Shown here: positions 60,004 through 64,000 of the stretch, piece after piece
Position numbering within the stretch: the stretch's first letter is position 1
Layout: each line of letters starts with the position of its first letter
DNA from: an uncultured Actinomycetes bacterium
GTDB taxonomy: Bacteria > Actinomycetota > Acidimicrobiia > IMCC26256 > PALSA-610
Assembly: GCA_963835455.1 (NCBI GenBank)
Contig: CAWIFT010000005.1
Location: forward strand, 258,402 to 322,401
DNA: 64,000 nt
Direction: 5' to 3'
Notes under the pieces: model-generated
The model's input: only the letters and a program-made list of their open reading frames with translations
What the model was told of the DNA's origin: nothing
Databases searched by the model: none
Position numbers and translations under genes: made by a program

Positions 60004-60778
60004 GCAACGATCGCACCTGCTGTTCGAACAACACGGCGAGCCCGACGACCATCACGCCGACGATGCCGTCGGCCCAGAAGTGATTGCCGGTCACGACGAC
60101 GACAATCATCGTGATGAACGGGTGGGCGATGAAGATCCACCGCCACTTGCTCGTCGAGACGGCAACGATGCCGACCCCGATGATCGCCGCCCACGCGACG
60201 TGCACCGAGGGCATCGCCGACAACTGGGCCGGCCCCGACTTCCCGAGTGCGGGATACACGGTCTGACCGAAGAGCGCGGGCGTGTCGGCGATGTGCAGCG
60301 CGGGCACCAACCGCGGCGGCGCGACAGGGATGAGCTGAATCGCCAGGCACCAGAGTGTCGTCAGCGCGACCACGTTGCGGAGACGTGGATAGTGGTCGCG
60401 GTGGCGGAACCAGAGCCAGACCAAGAAGATGAGCATCGACGGCATGTGCACCGTGGCGTAGAACACGTTGCACGCCTGGATCAGCACCGAGCTCTGGAGA
60501 AAGAGGTGCTGCAGCCCGTGTTCGCTGGGCAAATGCAGCGCGCGCTCGAAGTTCCAGATGTGCTGGCCGGCATCGATCGCGTGGTCGACCTTGAGCACCG
60601 AGATCGTGCCGACCACACGCCACAGCGCGTAGAGCACGAGCACGATCGCGAGCTCCGTGGCAAACGGGCCGAATCGCGTCAACCACTTGCGCTGCGACGC
60701 GCGCGCCGCCAGGCCCGCGGTGCCCACGACGGCGCCGGCCTCGACCGCGACGGTCCACGGCATCCAACCGAGACTCAC
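59927..60778 (-). CDS. PAP2-superfamily membrane protein (PAP2_C / Aur1-like)
   Basis: Six TM segments, with MPSVHVAW and HFWADG motifs. The start overlaps the stop of the upstream acyl-CoA dehydrogenase. The last roughly 25 codons have low GC3 and overlap the DUF1003 gene, so the 3' end is uncertain. Confidence 0.72.
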   Translation of the reverse strand: MSLGWMPWTVAVEAGAVVGTAGLAARASQRKWLTRFGPFATELAIVLVLYALWRVVGTISVLKVDHAIDAGQHIWNFERALHLPSEHGLQHLFLQSSVLIQACNVFYATVHMPSMLIFLVWLWFRHRDHYPRLRNVVALTTLWCLAIQLIPVAPPRLVPALHIADTPALFGQTVYPALGKSGPAQLSAMPSVHVAWAAIIGVGIVAVSTSKWRWIFIAHPFITMIVVVVTGNHFWADGIVGVMVVGLAVLFEQQVRSLLTRRRPAPVPRPSRVAAGSARGSPG

Positions 60779-61908
60779 GCGCCGGCCTCACGCGGCAGGC
60801 CGAGCACCTTCTCGCCGAGAATGTTGCGTTGCACCTCGCTCGTGCCGCCGCCGATCGTCAGTGCGCGCGCGTACATGTACCCGTACTGCCAGCCGGTCCG
60901 GTCGGGTTCGCCGTACGGGCCGAGATCGGAACACATGCCGAACGGCCCCGCGAGCTCCATGGCCATGCTCATGACGTGCTGGCCGTGTTCGTCGGACAAC
61001 GCCTTGCGCACCGAGGCTTCCGGTCCGGGCTCGAGCCCGCGCACACGCGCCGAAACCGTGCGCAGGCGGATGAGGCGCAGCACCTCGGATTCCGCGTAGA
61101 GGCGCGCGAGTCGTTGTCGGAGCAGCGCGTCGCGTGTACCGCCGTGGTCGCGCACGAGTTGCAACACGTCGTTCGCGGTCGGTCCCCGACCCCAGAGCGC
61201 ACCTTCCCCCGACAGCGAGACGCGCTCGTTGCCGAGCGTGACCTTCGCGAGCCGCCAGCCGTCGTGCTCCTGGCCGACGATGTTCGCCGCCGGGACGCGG
61301 ACGTCGGTGAAGAACACCTCGTTGAACTCGTGCGTCCCGGTCATCTGCACGATCGGCCTCACCTCGATACCGGGTGAGCGCATGTCGACGACGAAGTAGG
61401 TGATGCCGGAATGCGCTTCCGCATCGGGATCCGTGCGCGCGAGGAGGATGCCCCACTGCGCCACGTGCGCCAGCGTCGTCCACACCTTCTGGCCGTTGAC
61501 GACGTATTCGTCGCCGTCACGCCGGGCCCTCGTGGAGAGCGACGACAGGTCGCTGCCCGCACCCGGTTCGCTGAAGAGCTGGCACCAGAGCTCGGAGCCG
61601 TCGAGCAGCCCGGGCAGCCACCGTTGTTGCTGCGCCTCGGTGCCCGCGACGAGCAGCGTCGGGCCCGCCCAGCCGATGCCGATCGGATTCAGCGGCCGCG
61701 GCACGCGCAGCTCGCGCCCGACCTCGTCCAGCTCCAACTGTTCGGCCGGCCCCGCTTCGAGGCCCCACGGCTCGGGCCAGTGCGGCGTGACGAAGCCGGC
61801 GCGGGCGAGGCGCGTGTTCCAATCGGACGGGAAGTTCCCGCCCGGGGCCTGCGCCTCGACGAACGCCCGCAGCCGCTCGGCCGGAGAAAGCTGGTTCGGT
61901 CGGGCCAC
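60775..61908 (-). CDS. acyl-CoA dehydrogenase family protein
   Basis: Shows LFSEPGAGSDL and YVVNGQKVWTT, with the C-terminal TIGGGTSEVQRNIL. 377 aa. Confidence 0.92.
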   Translation of the reverse strand: MARPNQLSPAERLRAFVEAQAPGGNFPSDWNTRLARAGFVTPHWPEPWGLEAGPAEQLELDEVGRELRVPRPLNPIGIGWAGPTLLVAGTEAQQQRWLPGLLDGSELWCQLFSEPGAGSDLSSLSTRARRDGDEYVVNGQKVWTTLAHVAQWGILLARTDPDAEAHSGITYFVVDMRSPGIEVRPIVQMTGTHEFNEVFFTDVRVPAANIVGQEHDGWRLAKVTLGNERVSLSGEGALWGRGPTANDVLQLVRDHGGTRDALLRQRLARLYAESEVLRLIRLRTVSARVRGLEPGPEASVRKALSDEHGQHVMSMAMELAGPFGMCSDLGPYGEPDRTGWQYGYMYARALTIGGGTSEVQRNILGEKVLGLPREAGA

Positions 61909-61958
61909 GAGCGCGAACCTATTTCATCCGCGCCCGTGACCCGCTCCGAACACCTGAC

Positions 61959-62561
61959 ATGCGAAGCGGCGCCCGCGGGTCGGCCACGATGTCCGACGCG
62001 CAGCGCCGCGCGGCCTCCGATGGCGATCTCGCGCGCTCGATCGGCTCGGGTGACCGGCTCGGGCTGGGCGAGCTTTACACCCGCCACGCCGGGCCATGCT
62101 TCGCGCTGGCCCGGCGCGTGCTCTCCGACCGCGTGCTCGCCGAAGAAGTCGTGCAGGAAGTGTTCCTCCGCCTGTGGCGCGCGCCCGAGCGCTTCGATGC
62201 CGACCGGGGATCGATGCGCTCGTTCCTCTTCGCCCAGGTGCACGGCCGTTCCGTCGATCTCCTGCGCGCGGAGACCGCGCGCCGGGCACGCGAGGAACGG
62301 GATGCGTTCCGCAGCCCCACCGTCGACGACGCGCTCGAGCGCGCGGTCGCGGAGCTGAGTGAGGGCGAGGCCGTGCGCCGCGCACTGGCGGACCTCTCGG
62401 ACGGCGAACGCGGTGCCATCGAGCTCGCGTACTTCGGTGGGCACACCTACCGCGAGGTCGCGCAGCTGCTCGAGCTGCCCGAGGGAACCGTCAAGAGTCG
62501 AATCCGATCCGGACTCCTGCGGCTGCGCGCCGCGCTGATCGATGCGGGAGTGAACGAATGA
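61959..62561 (+). CDS. sigK: ECF sigma factor (SigK-like)
   Basis: Region 2 is EEVVQEVFLRLW. Region 4 is YREVAQLLELPEGTVKSRIRSGLLRLR. It is coupled to an RskA-type anti-sigma gene. Alternative start at ATG 61989. Confidence 0.85.
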   Translation: MRSGARGSATMSDAQRRAASDGDLARSIGSGDRLGLGELYTRHAGPCFALARRVLSDRVLAEEVVQEVFLRLWRAPERFDADRGSMRSFLFAQVHGRSVDLLRAETARRAREERDAFRSPTVDDALERAVAELSEGEAVRRALADLSDGERGAIELAYFGGHTYREVAQLLELPEGTVKSRIRSGLLRLRAALIDAGVNE

Positions 62562-63325
62562 ACACGCCGGCGCCGAACGACCCGGAGCTCGACGCGCTGC
62601 TCGGCGCGTACGCGCTCGACGCGCTCGACCCCGACGAACGGGACCGGGTGGACGCGTACCTCAACCGGAACGAGCGCGCCCGCCGCGAGGTGGACGAGCT
62701 GCGCGAGAGCGCGGCTGCGCTCGCGCTGGCTCCGGTCGACGACACGACCGCGCCCGCCGGTCTCTGGGACCGCATCTCCCTCGCGATCGACGACGACCTG
62801 GATGGCCGGGCCGGTGCGGAGACCGACGAGCTCGCCGCGCGCCGCGCGGCGCGCGGCGCGCGTTGGATGCCGTGGGCGATCGCGGCCGCGGTCTTCGTCG
62901 CCGGGCTGCTCGCGACCCAGGTCGTCTCGCTGAACCACCGTCTCGACAACACGCCGGGAACGGGGGAGAGCGCGGCGGCGTCGGCGTTCGCGCACGCGTC
63001 GCGTGTCGACGGCGCCAAGAAGCTCACACTGGCGCCAGCCGACGGCGGCGACGTGGCGCGCGTCGTCCTGCTGCCCGACGGCAGCGGCTACATGAAGAAC
63101 GACGGCCTCACCCCGCTCGACGCCGAGCACACGTATCAGCTGTGGGCGCTCACCGGTGATGCCGACCATCCGGTTGCGATCTCGGCGGCCGTGCTCGGGT
63201 CGGACCCGAGAGCGGCGGCGTTCCGGACGACCACCGATATCCGGGGCTTCGCGATCACCGTGGAACGGAATCCGGGCGTCGGGCAGTCGACGCAGCAACC
63301 CGTCGCGGTTGCCACCGCGGCGTGA
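62558..63325 (+). CDS. rskA: anti-sigma-K factor RskA-like
   Basis: The ATG overlaps the sigma gene stop (ATGA). The N-terminal anti-sigma helix region is LLGAYALDALDPDERDRVDAYL. There is a single TM helix, and the extracytoplasmic domain carries HTYQLWAL. Confidence 0.82.
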   Translation: MNTPAPNDPELDALLGAYALDALDPDERDRVDAYLNRNERARREVDELRESAAALALAPVDDTTAPAGLWDRISLAIDDDLDGRAGAETDELAARRAARGARWMPWAIAAAVFVAGLLATQVVSLNHRLDNTPGTGESAAASAFAHASRVDGAKKLTLAPADGGDVARVVLLPDGSGYMKNDGLTPLDAEHTYQLWALTGDADHPVAISAAVLGSDPRAAAFRTTTDIRGFAITVERNPGVGQSTQQPVAVATAA

Positions 63326-63357
63326 CCCGGCGCGCGCCGCACGCGCGACGATGGAGT

Positions 63358-64000
63358 GTGCCCTTCGGCGTCTATGTCCACATACCGTTTTGCGCGTCGC
63401 GGTGTGATTACTGCGACTTCGCGACGTGGACCGATCGCGACCACCTGATCGACAGCTACGTGGCCGCGTGTGTCACCGACCTCGACCGGCGGCGCAGTGT
63501 CGGTCTCCCCGCGGCGACGAGTGTGTTCTTCGGGGGCGGAACGCCGTCGCTCATCGCAGCCGACCAGCTCGCGCGGATCCTCGCCGCGATCCCGCGCGCC
63601 GACGACGCCGAGGTCACGGTCGAGTGCAATCCCGACAGCGTCGACGCGGACAAGCTCGACACCTACCGCCGCGCCGGCGTGAATCGCCTGAGCCTCGGCG
63701 TGCAGTCGATGGTGCCCCATGTGTTGTCGGCGCTCGGGCGGACGCACGATCCTGCGAACGTCGAGCGTGCGATTGCGCTTGCCCGCGCCGCCGGATTCGA
63801 GCGAATCAACCTCGACCTGATCTACGGCACCCCCGGCGAATCGCCGGAGGACTGGGAACGGTCGCTCGCGGGCGCGCTCGCGCTCGGGGTCGAGCACATC
63901 AGTGCGTACGCGCTCACGGTCGAGCCCGCGACCGCCCTCGGGCGCCAGGTCGCCGCCGGCGCCCCCGCGCCCGACGACGATCTCCAGGCCGACGCGTACA
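63358..64000 (+). CDS. hemW: radical SAM heme chaperone HemW / oxygen-independent coproporphyrinogen oxidase-like, N-terminal fragment (3' end outside window)
   Basis: My own translation from GTG 63358 reads VPFGVYVHIPFCASRCDYCDF (CxxxCxxC), FFGGGTPS and NRLSLGVQS. The frame is open to the window end, so it is absent from the ORF track. Confidence 0.88.
   Translation, partial: MPFGVYVHIPFCASRCDYCDFATWTDRDHLIDSYVAACVTDLDRRRSVGLPAATSVFFGGGTPSLIAADQLARILAAIPRADDAEVTVECNPDSVDADKLDTYRRAGVNRLSLGVQSMVPHVLSALGRTHDPANVERAIALARAAGFERINLDLIYGTPGESPEDWERSLAGALALGVEHISAYALTVEPATALGRQVAAGAPAPDDDLQADAY

Overview
High-GC (about 70%) actinobacterial chromosomal core region with about 62 protein genes and one tRNA. 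I found no rRNA, CRISPR array, transposase or integrase. The backbone follows Streptomyces-like housekeeping synteny: valS'-folC-ndk-mreB-mreC-mreD-mrdA-rodA, radical-SAM/DUF2344-rne-rplU-rpmA, obg-proB-proA, nadD-rsfS, tRNA-Ala, leuS, comEA-comEC-(folP-like)-holA, rpsT, lepA, sigK-rskA and hemW'. Accessory blocks interrupt this backbone. (i) A 10.9 kb block between rpmA and obg carries a HelD-like helicase, an HhH-GPD repair protein and a 7.7 kb envelope-glycosylation cluster. The cluster has a GT-B transferase, an MprF-type flippase-like protein, two SAM methyltransferases, a 770-aa polytopic GT-C-like protein, a GtrB-like GT2 and a Thr/Pro-rich lipoprotein. (ii) A block between proA and nadD carries a MoxR AAA+/VWA pair whose start overlaps the proA stop, plus a GNAT, rsgA and an ACT-domain protein. 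(iii) A further block carries a lipoprotein hydrolase, an arsR-SRPBCC-DUF899 operon, modABC, a divergent BVMO/P450 pair, a PAS-GGDEF protein, ClC and two hydrolases. The most notable observation is that seven genes (rodA, helD-like, proB, a small ORF, BVMO, comEC, rbsK) are each broken by a single frame change, and every junction window contains a short alternating-GC run. Other observations are a perfect 3 x 23 bp tandem repeat directly upstream of a leaderless-looking nadD promoter, a 3 x 14 bp repeat spanning two convergent stop codons, an uncharacterised radical-SAM/DUF2344 pair packed against rne, and recurrent TAnnnT boxes 6-9 nt upstream of start codons. All functional calls rest on motifs recognised by eye in the supplied translations. 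No database search was run.
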